Shown here in pieces: positions 53,926 through 63,233 of a DNA stretch of 64,000 bases. Numbering within the stretch: the stretch's first letter is position 1; each line of letters starts with the position of its first letter. The translations under genes were made by a program, and so were the position numbers. The DNA is from a virus. The stretch is taken from IMG/VR virus record IMGVR_UViG_3300044449_000227. One strand, given 5' to 3'. A model generated the notes under the pieces. That model did not search any database, had not been told where the DNA came from, and saw nothing but the letters and a program-made list of their open reading frames with translations.

Positions 53926-56817
53926 TCATTCAGTATTACTCTTTGACTTCGCCTGATAATAAATACTGTCTAAACTCACAAAATTCGGGCTCCTTATTCG
54001 GAAAATTTCGGCTGCGATCTTTTCGTCACTCATCCCTAAACGCGGAAGTCTATGAGGAGAATGAACAAGACGTGTTGCGATGGCAACCTGCCCCTCCACA
54101 TCAAATTTATCAAGATAATTTCCCCAAGCATACAACATAAAAATAATATTAGTATATCTGTGTAAGACTAAATAAACGAACACGAAGCAAGAAAAAAGGC
54201 CGCTTAAAGCACTAAAAATTATAAAAATGTATTGCATTTTCAAAGAACGGCCTGGAATGTTTATCAATATACTTGCATCTGTCAGTTCTACGCTAATTTC
54301 TAGGTATGAAACCATGGTAAAAATTATTGACATAAAGAAGGAATAAAACATCACTGCCGTTGCATATTTTTGAAATAGACGCATTTTAGTAAAATGCTCT
54401 GAACCAAATCCAAAAATTGATGTTAAATATGCAAAGATTGCAAATCTAGATAACGTGATTTCTAACAAAATAATTATCCTGATATTCATATGTATGAAAA
54501 GACTTTCAATTGGCGTAAGGGTGCGAGGGAATTCTTCGCCGACAATTTGGCAATAAAATTTGCATGCAACGGGAATATTTTTAGTTACAATAAGCGCATT
54601 AGTGCGATTTATTTTCGCTATTGAATCCCAGACCGGATCAGCCTTCTTGATATCAACTAAAGACACTGTCGCTAAAGCAACAAAATATTCAAAAAACTGC
54701 TTGTGCGCAAATCGAAGATAGCCATCTCCAGTAACGGGATCAGGTATTAAAAGTCCTGCGCTGCAAATTTCGTTCGTTATTATTTCAATACGATCAGACA
54801 GTGATTTGTTATTATGCGTATTTTCAAATTCACTTAAAGATATAGAAACATCACGAGCAACATTATTTGATTTTCCGTATTTAAAAAGCGACTCATATAT
54901 ACTTGCAATATATTCAAATATTTCCGATCTAGAAATTGTATTCTGATATCCTTTTTCTGCCATAAGCCATGCGACACCTCCGGTCAGCAATTTTCGTACT
55001 GAGGTATTAAAGAGTAAATATCGCGACGCACTTGGGGCGCCAAATTCTATTTGATCTTTCTGGAGTTCGGCTTCCTTACGCTTAAAGCTCGCGTCAATGT
55101 AAAGCCCAATCAAATTTGCGCCATTTACCCCGATGCCTTCATTTAGTTTTTTCCTGAGCGTAGGCCAGATAGTTGCTACCACGGGCAACATCGAGGGCCG
55201 TGATAAGATCTCTGCAAAGCTTTCGTCAGCCGCAATCAAGGAGACAATACCGGTCCGCACGGTCTCTGGATAATCCCGGCAAGCTCTTCCGATCTGTGCC
55301 CGCGAGAGCGGCTGAAGACGAAAAACTGTTGTAAAGACCCCGCCGTCGCCACCTCGAAGCGGGTGATGCCGCAAAGTTCGGTTGGCTTCAGCGTCGTCAA
55401 TAAAAAAGTTCGGGCGTCCCGTGAAAATAACTTTTACACCGTCGTAAGCAAAGCGCCAAAGTGCGTTAAAATGATTGAAGCGATCGTATTCGCGACCAGC
55501 CCCGCGCAATTCGTCAAAACCTTCAAAGATGACTACTGCGTCACCCGAGCGAATGAGATTGAAGATTTGGCCTGGATTCAACCTATATCGCACGCACCAT
55601 GCGGCCAAGAATGACAAAGGGTCGTTTTCCGTTGGGTTCCGGCCGCGCAGCTCGATCAAAAGTGGCACGCGCTTGCCCTGCGCCTCGCCATTGAGATGCG
55701 CTTTAGCCCACTCGGCGCAGTATTTGAGCATAGCGCTGCTCTTGCCTTGCCCGTATTCGCCGGTTATCGCGAGGTGGCGACGAGAATGTTCGCTTTCCCA
55801 ATCTCTCAAGACCTCAAACAGCGGCCTCGGCTGGGCGTCTCGGTCGCCAGCTTCTATAACGCTTAATTCCACGTAGGATCGAGCCAGTGTCGATAGAGTG
55901 CCGCCGATTGGATCTGATTCAAATGCCGCCAGCAATCGCCTCGCATAGAAATCCAGGTCCAGCGCGTTTTTGACAAGTGAACGCGAGCTAAATATCTGAA
56001 CTTTACGGCCTGCGGCCTGAATTATTAAGTCGTCTTCAACAGCTTCTGATCCGGACGGATAAACTGCAAATATCTGTGTCTCAGGATTTTCCACTTCTCC
56101 ATTAAGCTGCAGCAGACGACCTTGAAGCTCCTCTTTTGTTGGGGCGTCTCTGCAAACCAGTAGTAGAAGCGGTTTAATTTGCCTGCCGGCGCGCTCGGCT
56201 ATATCGCCGACCCACAGATTCGACGCCGCGCGCCAGCCGTCATCGGAAATTGATGCTTCGGAAAAGCGGGCTAGAAACAGATCCCGCATTAGGACCCAGG
56301 TCGGCACAGGACGCGGTACTTCGGGTTCGCGGTTACGCCAATCTGGAATCAGATCGCTAGCAGGTAAGTCTGGAGGTTTGCCCTGAAGCTGCTGCAAGAG
56401 CGTGGCGAACCCGTTGCGCGCAAGAGGTAGTAGCTTGTCGTCTTCCAGGTCTTCTGCGAGCTGCTTCTCCGAGACTCTAAGCGGTGCGTCCCAGTTCTTG
56501 ATCGTGTCTGAGCCGAAGCGGCTGATGCGATAGGCCACGAAGCCGACGAAACCAAAGAGCAGAAGCAACGAACCGAAATCCGGCACGAGGCCATCCGCGG
56601 GCAGGCCAACATACTCAAGCAGGTTTCCCAGAAGGAGTTGTGGAAATCCGACACCCGCGGCGAGCAACCCGGCTGTCACGCAGGTCACGAGTGCGGACAG
56701 CACAGCGAGCGCAAATCGGCTCTTGGACGCACGCATTCGCCAGCGCATCCACAAGACCGCCAAAACCAAAACACTGAAGGCTGCGACGAAGAGCCAGAAG
56801 GCCCAGGCAATACTCAT
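53926..56817 (-). CDS. NACHT/STAND NTPase with N- and C-terminal transmembrane helices
   Basis: Walker A GEYGQGKS, Walker B VIFEGFDE, IFTGRPNFF, SRPSML and LRFAHKQFFEYFVA; about 3 TMs at each end; low GC. Confidence 0.88.
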   Translation of the reverse strand: MSIAWAFWLFVAAFSVLVLAVLWMRWRMRASKSRFALAVLSALVTCVTAGLLAAGVGFPQLLLGNLLEYVGLPADGLVPDFGSLLLLFGFVGFVAYRISRFGSDTIKNWDAPLRVSEKQLAEDLEDDKLLPLARNGFATLLQQLQGKPPDLPASDLIPDWRNREPEVPRPVPTWVLMRDLFLARFSEASISDDGWRAASNLWVGDIAERAGRQIKPLLLLVCRDAPTKEELQGRLLQLNGEVENPETQIFAVYPSGSEAVEDDLIIQAAGRKVQIFSSRSLVKNALDLDFYARRLLAAFESDPIGGTLSTLARSYVELSVIEAGDRDAQPRPLFEVLRDWESEHSRRHLAITGEYGQGKSSAMLKYCAEWAKAHLNGEAQGKRVPLLIELRGRNPTENDPLSFLAAWCVRYRLNPGQIFNLIRSGDAVVIFEGFDELRGAGREYDRFNHFNALWRFAYDGVKVIFTGRPNFFIDDAEANRTLRHHPLRGGDGGVFTTVFRLQPLSRAQIGRACRDYPETVRTGIVSLIAADESFAEILSRPSMLPVVATIWPTLRKKLNEGIGVNGANLIGLYIDASFKRKEAELQKDQIEFGAPSASRYLLFNTSVRKLLTGGVAWLMAEKGYQNTISRSEIFEYIASIYESLFKYGKSNNVARDVSISLSEFENTHNNKSLSDRIEIITNEICSAGLLIPDPVTGDGYLRFAHKQFFEYFVALATVSLVDIKKADPVWDSIAKINRTNALIVTKNIPVACKFYCQIVGEEFPRTLTPIESLFIHMNIRIIILLEITLSRFAIFAYLTSIFGFGSEHFTKMRLFQKYATAVMFYSFFMSIIFTMVSYLEISVELTDASILINIPGRSLKMQYIFIIFSALSGLFSCFVFVYLVLHRYTNIIFMLYAWGNYLDKFDVEGQVAIATRLVHSPHRLPRLGMSDEKIAAEIFRIRSPNFVSLDSIYYQAKSKSNTE

Positions 56818-57269
56818 GAACACGCCCCATCTTCTTGCAGAGACCGCACCTACCGGCGCCTCTTGCAACCAATCATAGAACGTTATCAAAGCATGATGGA
56901 TGAGACTAGACGGCCCGGCCGCCATCCGTCGCACGGGCGCGGCGGCTCTCGGGGACCGGCCCAGCCGCCGCCGGCACGCGATCCAGATTTAGCTCCTCTC
57001 ACTAGCCAAATCCAGAAAGCTCCGAGAACGCTCGCTGACGGCCTCTGAGAGGCCGGCCGCTCCCACCAGGCCGGGCGAGCCCCAGACCGCGTTACAACGG
57101 CCGTTACACCCGAGTCGCGGGGGCGATTTCGCGCGCCCGAACCCCGGCCGCGGCGACCTGGGTGCCGAATGGCGGTCCGAAGACCCGATCCGCAGCAGTT
57201 CAGGGCGAGATCCGGAGGGGCATTCCGGGGGGCCGGGTGCCGCGCGGCAGCCGGCACCTGGCGCCAATA

Positions 57270-57291
57270 CCTTCCCACTGGAGTGGGAAGG
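57270..57291. promoter_or_regulatory. Late-promoter palindrome 2
   Basis: CCTTCCCACT-GG-AGTGGGAAGG upstream of the protease operon; same arms as 46799-46820. Confidence 0.75.
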
Positions 57292-57384
57292 GACCGTCCC
57301 CGCCGCACCCGGCCACTATCCGCCACGACGGCCGGGCGGTCCAGCCCGGCGCAGAGACCCACAAAGCGGGACCCGCGGCGGGCC

Positions 57385-58578
57385 ATGCCACTCGGCGAGA
57401 GCATCCAGACGACGACGGCGCTGTGCGCGTCCCTGCCGCTTGCGGCGGGCGGCGGCGCGCCGGAGTGGGTGCAGCTGATGCCGCGCCCGGCGGACGGGCG
57501 CCTGGAGGCGGCGGACGGCCGCAAGTGGCACCTCGGCGACGCCGCCAAGGTGGTCGCCGCCAGCGGACGGCCGGGTGTCGACCTGGTCTTCGACTACGAG
57601 CACCAGACGCACCTGGCCACCGAGAACGGCCAGCCCGCGCCGGCGGCCGGCTGGATCAAGGAGCTGCAGGCCCGCCAGGACGGGATCTGGGCGCGGGTCG
57701 AGTGGACCGACAAGGCCCGCCGCATGATCGAGGCGCGCGAGTACCGCTACCTCTCGCCGACCTTCTCCCACGCCAAGGACGGCGAGGTGCTGCAGATCCT
57801 CAGCGCCGCGCTGACCAACGACCCCGCGCTGCAGGTGCGCGCCCTCGCGTCGCGGCAGCCCGACCCGCGACCGACCGACCCCTCCCCGAACGGAGACGAG
57901 ACCATGGACAAGCAGCAGCTGGCGGCCCTCTGCAAGGCGCTCGGCCTGAAGGAGGACGCCCAGCCCGACGCCATCGTCAAGGCGGCGAGCGACCAGGCCG
58001 CGGCCGTGAAGACGGCGCAGGAGGCGGCCGAGACCGCGAAGGCCAAGGCGGAGCCCGGCGGCGCGAAGGCCGGCGAGGACGGCGGGGCGCAGGCGGCGAC
58101 CGGGGCCGCGCTGGCGTCGATCGCCAAGGCCGCCGGCCTCGCCGAGGACGCCGAGCCCGAGGCGGTGGCCACCGCCGTGGCGGGCCGCCTCAAGCCCGGC
58201 GCCAGCGTGCCGGCCGAGCAGTACAACGCGCTGGCCAAGCGCCTGGACACGCTGGAGGGCGAGCGCTCGACCGAGAAGGCCGAGGAGGCGGTCGAGGCCG
58301 CGGTGCGCGCCGGCAAGGTCGTGCCCAGCCAGAGGGACTGGGCGCTCGGCTACGCCAAGGCCGACCCGGAGGGCTTCGCTGCCTTCTGCAAGGCGCAGCC
58401 GGCGATCGTGAAGCCCGGCAGCGAGATCACCGGGCGGCCGCCGCGGGAAACCGGCGGTCCGCTCGACCAGGCCCAGGTCGCGCTCTGCCGGCAGCTCGGC
58501 CTCGATCAGGAGGCCTACAAGAAAACCCTGGATGCCGAGGCCAAGGCCGCCGAGGCGCGTGAGCAGGAGATCGCCTGA
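57385..58578 (+). CDS. Mu gp32 protease I with internal scaffold (Z) start at 57904
   Basis: PEWVQLMP, DYEHQT, PAAGWI, EYRYLSP and ALTNDP; internal RBS plus ATG at 57904. Confidence 0.92.
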   Translation: MPLGESIQTTTALCASLPLAAGGGAPEWVQLMPRPADGRLEAADGRKWHLGDAAKVVAASGRPGVDLVFDYEHQTHLATENGQPAPAAGWIKELQARQDGIWARVEWTDKARRMIEAREYRYLSPTFSHAKDGEVLQILSAALTNDPALQVRALASRQPDPRPTDPSPNGDETMDKQQLAALCKALGLKEDAQPDAIVKAASDQAAAVKTAQEAAETAKAKAEPGGAKAGEDGGAQAATGAALASIAKAAGLAEDAEPEAVATAVAGRLKPGASVPAEQYNALAKRLDTLEGERSTEKAEEAVEAAVRAGKVVPSQRDWALGYAKADPEGFAAFCKAQPAIVKPGSEITGRPPRETGGPLDQAQVALCRQLGLDQEAYKKTLDAEAKAAEAREQEIA

Positions 58579-58994
58579 TGGCCGCGCTGACCCAAGACCG
58601 CCGCACGCCCGAGGTACTCAATCCCTCGGTCCTGGAGCTCCCCGTGGCCGCCTCGGTGACGCTCTACGCCGGGGCGCTCGGCGCGCTGGATGCCAACGGC
58701 CGTCTGACGCCTGGCGCCACCGCCACGACGCTCAAGGGCCTGGGGCGGATCGAGGAGACGGTCGACAACAGCGCCGGCGGCGCCGGCGCTGTCACGGCCC
58801 GCGTCAAGCGCGGCGTCTTCCGCTTCGCCAACTCCGCCGCCGCCGACGAGCTGGCCGCCGCGGACATCGGGGCCGACTGCTACATCGTCGACGACCAGAC
58901 CGTGGCCAAGACGGACGGCACCGGCACCCGCAGCGTCGCCGGCAAGGTGTGGAACGTCGATGCCCAGGGTGTCTGGGTCGACACCCGCGCCTAA
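58578..58994 (+). CDS. Capsid cement/decoration protein
   Basis: MAALTQDR...LYAGA...CYIVDDQTV...GVWV. Confidence 0.8.
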   Translation: MAALTQDRRTPEVLNPSVLELPVAASVTLYAGALGALDANGRLTPGATATTLKGLGRIEETVDNSAGGAGAVTARVKRGVFRFANSAAADELAAADIGADCYIVDDQTVAKTDGTGTRSVAGKVWNVDAQGVWVDTRA

Positions 58995-59026
58995 CCGCCG
59001 ACCGCAAGCCGAGAGGACACCGAACC

Positions 59027-59920
59027 ATGATCATCAACCGCGGCAATCTCGCCAACCTGCGGGTCGGCTTCAGCACCGCCTTCCAGCAGGGCAGGGACAT
59101 GGTCGAAGACCAGTCCGGGCGGGTCGCGACCACCGTTCCCTCGACCACGAGCGAGCAGAAGTACGGCTGGCTGGGCAAGGTGCCCAACGTGCGCGAGTGG
59201 GTCGGCGACCGTGTCGTGCAGAACATGGAAGAGCACGACTACGCCATCAAGAACAAGAAGTGGGAGCTGACCATCGGGGTCAACCGCGACCACATCGAAG
59301 ACGACAACCTCGGCATCTACGCGCCGCTGTTCACCGAGATGGGGCGCTCCACCCAGGACCATCGCCAGGAGCTGATCTGGAGCCTTCTGGCCGCGGGCTT
59401 CTCGACCCCCTGCTACGACGGCCAGAACTTCTTCGACACCGACCACCCGGTGCTCGACGAGAACGGCAACGAGATCTCGGTCTCCAACACCGGCGGCGGC
59501 TCCGGCGCGCCCTGGTTCCTGGTGGACGACACCCGCGCCCTGAAGCCCATTCTCTTCCAGGAGCGCTCGGCATTCGACTTCGTCTCCAAGGACTCGCCCG
59601 ACGACGACACCGTCTTCGAGAAGGACGAGTTCCACTACGGCACCCGCGGCCGGCACAACGTCGGCTTCGGCTTCTGGCAGTTCGCCTATGGCTCGAAGGA
59701 TGACCTGAGCCCGGAGAACTACGAGACGGCCCGTGCGGCCCTCCAGAGCATGACGGGCGACTTCGGCCGCAAGATGGGCATCCGGCCGCGCCTGCTGGTG
59801 GTCGGTCCGAGCCGCGAGGGCCAGGGCCGCAAGATCGTCAACGCCGAGAACGACGCCGCCGGCGCCACCAACGTCTGGCGCGGCACCGCCGAGCTGCTCG
59901 TGGTGCCCTGGCTGGCCTGA
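59027..59920 (+). CDS. Mu gpT-like major capsid protein
   Basis: YGWLG...REWVGDR, DDNLGIY, YDGQNFFDTDHP and FWQFAYGS. Confidence 0.95.
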   Translation: MIINRGNLANLRVGFSTAFQQGRDMVEDQSGRVATTVPSTTSEQKYGWLGKVPNVREWVGDRVVQNMEEHDYAIKNKKWELTIGVNRDHIEDDNLGIYAPLFTEMGRSTQDHRQELIWSLLAAGFSTPCYDGQNFFDTDHPVLDENGNEISVSNTGGGSGAPWFLVDDTRALKPILFQERSAFDFVSKDSPDDDTVFEKDEFHYGTRGRHNVGFGFWQFAYGSKDDLSPENYETARAALQSMTGDFGRKMGIRPRLLVVGPSREGQGRKIVNAENDAAGATNVWRGTAELLVVPWLA

Positions 59921-59987
59921 GGCCGGCCCGGCGCCCCGGCGGCCGCCTGACGCCGCACACCGCACCCGCAACGGAGATCCCCGAGCG

Positions 59988-60254
59988 ATGACCGACAGCA
60001 AGAAGACCGAGGCCGCCAAGAGCGAGGCGGCGCAGACCAAGGCGACGGCGACGAAGGCGGCGCCCCGGCCGCGCCTGCAGGTGGCCGCCAAGCGCGCCGG
60101 CTTCCGCCGCGCCGGGCGCGCCTGGCCGGCCGAGCCCACCGTCGTTCCGATCGGCGGCGAGGACGGCCTGAGCGAGGACCAGGTCGCGGCGCTCAAGGGC
60201 GAGCCGAACCTCTTCGTGGTCGAGCTGCCGGCGGCGGCCGCCGCGGCCGACTGA
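59988..60254 (+). CDS. HI1506/gp35-like small virion protein
   Basis: GFRRAGRAWP...LKGEPNLFV. Confidence 0.85.
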   Translation: MTDSKKTEAAKSEAAQTKATATKAAPRPRLQVAAKRAGFRRAGRAWPAEPTVVPIGGEDGLSEDQVAALKGEPNLFVVELPAAAAAAD

Positions 60255-60401
60255 GGAATTCCCAGCGAGCGAAGGCGCCGCAGAGGGCGGGTCCAGGGAC
60301 GGTTGGGCCCGCGCCGACTGGCCAAGCCAGGCGGAGCCGTAGGTCCAAGTCGGGGCGGGACGGAGCCGACCCTCTGTCCCGACCCCGCAGCGAGACACCG
60401 A

Positions 60402-60475
60402 TGCGGGGTGGCGCAGTCCGGTAGCGCGCCTGGCTCATAACCAGGAGGTCGCGGGTTCGAATCCCGCCCCCGCCA
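60402..60475 (+). tRNA. tRNA with CAT anticodon (Met/fMet-like), no encoded CCA
   Basis: Full cloverleaf: GCGGGG/CCCCGC acceptor, D-arm GCGC-AGTCCGGTA-GCGC, CCTGG-CTCATAA-CCAGG, GCGGG-TTCGAAT-CCCGC. Confidence 0.92.
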
Positions 60476-60523
60476 GCCAACACCACCCGGCCCGACACGG
60501 GCCGCAAGCGAGAGCACCCGTCG

Positions 60524-60940
60524 ATGGCCTATGCGACGCAAGCGGATCTGGAGACGCGCTACGGCGCCGACGCCGTGCTGACCGCGGCCGACCGCGACGG
60601 CGACGGCACGGCCGACGCGGCCGCCATCGAGCGCGCGCTCTCCGGCGCCTCGGAGGAGATCGACGGCTATCTCGCCAAGCGCTACGCGCTGCCGCTCGCC
60701 GAAGTGCCCGGCCTGGTCCGGGACCTGTGCGAGCGCCTGGCCTTCGCGCGCCTGCACACCTTCACCGTGCCGGAGGCCGTCCAGGCCGAGGCCGACAAGG
60801 CGCGGCGCACCCTCAAGGACATCTCGGACGGCACGGTCGAGCTGAGCCTGGCCGGCAAGGCGCCGGCCGCCGCCGGCGGCGGTCCCGAGGTCGCCGGCCC
60901 CGACCGGGTCTTCTCCCGCGACACGCTGAAGGGCTTCTGA
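60524..60940 (+). CDS. Mu gp36/gp436 (DUF1320) head-tail adaptor
   Basis: YATQADL...ASEEIDGYLAKRYALPL...VFSRDTLKGF. Confidence 0.92.
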   Translation: MAYATQADLETRYGADAVLTAADRDGDGTADAAAIERALSGASEEIDGYLAKRYALPLAEVPGLVRDLCERLAFARLHTFTVPEAVQAEADKARRTLKDISDGTVELSLAGKAPAAAGGGPEVAGPDRVFSRDTLKGF

Positions 60941-61461
60941 TGGCGGGCGCTTCGGTCAGCTACCACCTCGACGACGACGCGGTCCGTGCGGCGATCGCCG
61001 GCCTGCTGGCCGCGAGCGACGACCTCTCCGGCCCGATGGTCGAGATCGGCGAGGCGCTGGTCAGCTCGACAAACCGGCGCTTCGAGGAGGGCCAGGCGCC
61101 GGACGGCAGCCCCTGGCCGCCCTCGATCCGCGCCCAGCTCACCGGCGGCACGACGCTGGTCGAGAGCGGCCGCCTGCGCGACTCCATCACCTACGAGGCC
61201 GACGCCAGCAGCGTGCGGGTCGGCACCAACGTGCTCTACGCCGCCATCCACCAGTTCGGCGGCACGATCCGGGCGCGCGGCGGCGGTCGCCTGACCTTCC
61301 GGCTGCCCGCCGACCTGGGCTTCGTCTCCCCCGAGTCCGTGCAGATCCCCGCGCGCCCCTTCCTGGGGATATCGGAGGAGGACGAGGCCGAGATCCTCGG
61401 CGTGCTGGAGGACTGGCTGCGCGACGCCTCGGACGGCGCCCTGGAGGGGTCTGCGCCATGA
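60940..61461 (+). CDS. Phage virion morphogenesis protein (Mu gpG-like)
   Basis: RFEEGQAPDGSPW, VGTNVLYAAIHQFGG and IPARPFLG. Confidence 0.92.
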   Translation: MAGASVSYHLDDDAVRAAIAGLLAASDDLSGPMVEIGEALVSSTNRRFEEGQAPDGSPWPPSIRAQLTGGTTLVESGRLRDSITYEADASSVRVGTNVLYAAIHQFGGTIRARGGGRLTFRLPADLGFVSPESVQIPARPFLGISEEDEAEILGVLEDWLRDASDGALEGSAP

Positions 61462-61901
61462 GCCGCGACCTGGTCGAGGACGTGGCCGCCCGCCTGGAGG
61501 CCGGCATGCCGGAGCTCAAGCGCGTCTCCGGCGCGCTGGAGCTGGCCGACCTGGTCAAGCGCAACGCGCTGCCCAACGCCACGCCGGCGGCCTTCGTGGT
61601 GCCCGGCGGCGCCAGCGGCGAGCCGCGGACGAACGCGACCGGGCCGGCCCAGCAGCGCCTCACCGAGCGCGTCAAGGTGCTGCTCTTCGCCCGCGCCAAC
61701 GACGCCGCCGGCGGCACGGCGCGCGACGCGCTCGACGCCCTGCGCCTGGCCGCCCGCGACCTGCTGTTCGGCTGGAGCCCCGACGACCGCGAGGTCGAGC
61801 CCTTCGAGGTCGCCAGCGAACAGATCGCCAGCCTCGGCGGCGGCGCCGGCCTCTACGACCTGACCATGCGCACCCGCTACCGGCTGCGCGCCACCACCTG
61901 A
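61458..61901 (+). CDS. Tail terminator (Mu gp37-like)
   Basis: TPAAFVV...LFGWSP; synteny. Confidence 0.75.
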   Translation: MSRDLVEDVAARLEAGMPELKRVSGALELADLVKRNALPNATPAAFVVPGGASGEPRTNATGPAQQRLTERVKVLLFARANDAAGGTARDALDALRLAARDLLFGWSPDDREVEPFEVASEQIASLGGGAGLYDLTMRTRYRLRATT

Positions 61902-61911
61902 GGAGCCTGCC

Positions 61912-62169
61912 ATGCCCCCTCGTTCCGGCGGGAGCTACACCCGCAGCAAGCCCGGCGCGGCGCCCAAGCGCACCGCCGGGACGCAGCTCCACCCCGAGGG
62001 CGACCGCGCCCGCGCCGCAGACGGCACGCGACTGAACCGGGCGCCCGCCAAGACCCTGCCGGCCGCGGCCGGCGGCAACGCCGGGGTCACGGCCGCGCGC
62101 GTCGCCGACGCCGCCGAGGCGGACGGCAAGGCGGCCGGCGGCGGCAAGCCCAAGACCGAGGAGTCCTGA
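61912..62169 (+). CDS. Small hypothetical protein
   Basis: GGAG RBS; SGGSY motif typical of the gene before the tail tube. Confidence 0.6.
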   Translation: MPPRSGGSYTRSKPGAAPKRTAGTQLHPEGDRARAADGTRLNRAPAKTLPAAAGGNAGVTAARVADAAEADGKAAGGGKPKTEES

Positions 62170-62171
62170 CC

Positions 62172-63101
62172 ATGGCCGAGCGCTACTGGCGCAAGAAGGT
62201 GCTGCTGGCGAAGCAGGAGACCACCTACGGCACCGACCCGACCCCGGACGGCTCGAACGCTATCCTGGCGCACGACATCCGCCTGACGCCGCTGGCCGGC
62301 GACCAGGTCGAGCGGACGCACGACCGCCCCTTCTTCGGCGCGCGGCCGCAGATCCTCACCAACACCCACGTGGGCCTGTCCTTCGGGGTGGAGATCGCCG
62401 GCGCCGGCGCCGCGGGCGACGTCCCCGCCTATGGCGCCCTGCTGCGCGCGGCCGGGCTGGCCGAGACGATCGACGCCGGCGTCGACGTCCAGTACGACCC
62501 GGTCAGCGACGCGCTGGAGAGTGCCGCCCTCTACCTCAACATGGACGGCGTTCTCCACCCGATGCTCGGCTACCGGGCGAACCTCTCGCTGACGATCCGC
62601 CCGTCGCAGCTGCCGGTCTTCGCCTTCGAGGGGCGCGGCCTCTTCGTCGAGCCGACCGACACGGCGGCCGTCACCCCGGACTATTCGGGCTTCGAGATCC
62701 CCGACGAGGTCTCCGACGCCAACACCGACTTCAGCTACGGCGGCAGCACCCTGGTCCTCGAGGAGCTGACGCTGAACTTCAACAACCAGGTTCCGGGGAT
62801 CTTCCGCGTCGGCGAGGAGCGCATCGGCCTGACCGACCGGGGCCTCAGCTTCAGCATGCTGGTGCGGGCCGACACGCTGGCGACCTTCGACCCCTACGAC
62901 CTGGCCACGTCGCGCACCCAGAGCGCGCTGCAGCTCGTCCAGGGCACGGTCGCCGGCAACATCGTGCAGATCGACGCGCCGCGCTGCGAGATCGGCCGCC
63001 CCGAGTACGCCGAGAGCCAGGGCGACGTGATGTACCGCATCCCCGGCCGATGCCTGCCGAGCGACAGCGGCAACGACGAGATCAAGATCACGGTCAAGTA
63101 A
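62172..63101 (+). CDS. Non-contractile tail tube protein
   Basis: LLAKQETTYGTDPTP...EIAGAG...YGALLRAAG...GNDEIKITVK; no sheath gene precedes it. Confidence 0.88.
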   Translation: MAERYWRKKVLLAKQETTYGTDPTPDGSNAILAHDIRLTPLAGDQVERTHDRPFFGARPQILTNTHVGLSFGVEIAGAGAAGDVPAYGALLRAAGLAETIDAGVDVQYDPVSDALESAALYLNMDGVLHPMLGYRANLSLTIRPSQLPVFAFEGRGLFVEPTDTAAVTPDYSGFEIPDEVSDANTDFSYGGSTLVLEELTLNFNNQVPGIFRVGEERIGLTDRGLSFSMLVRADTLATFDPYDLATSRTQSALQLVQGTVAGNIVQIDAPRCEIGRPEYAESQGDVMYRIPGRCLPSDSGNDEIKITVK

Positions 63102-63233
63102 CGGCCCCGTTTCGGCCGCGCGTACGGCCGCGTTTCGGCCGCCCGGCCATCCGCCGGCGGCCCCGACCCTCAGCCTGCCCCTTCCGCGCGCCCGCCGCGC
63201 GGGAGGGGCGCCCCGCGACCCAGGGAGTGAGCC

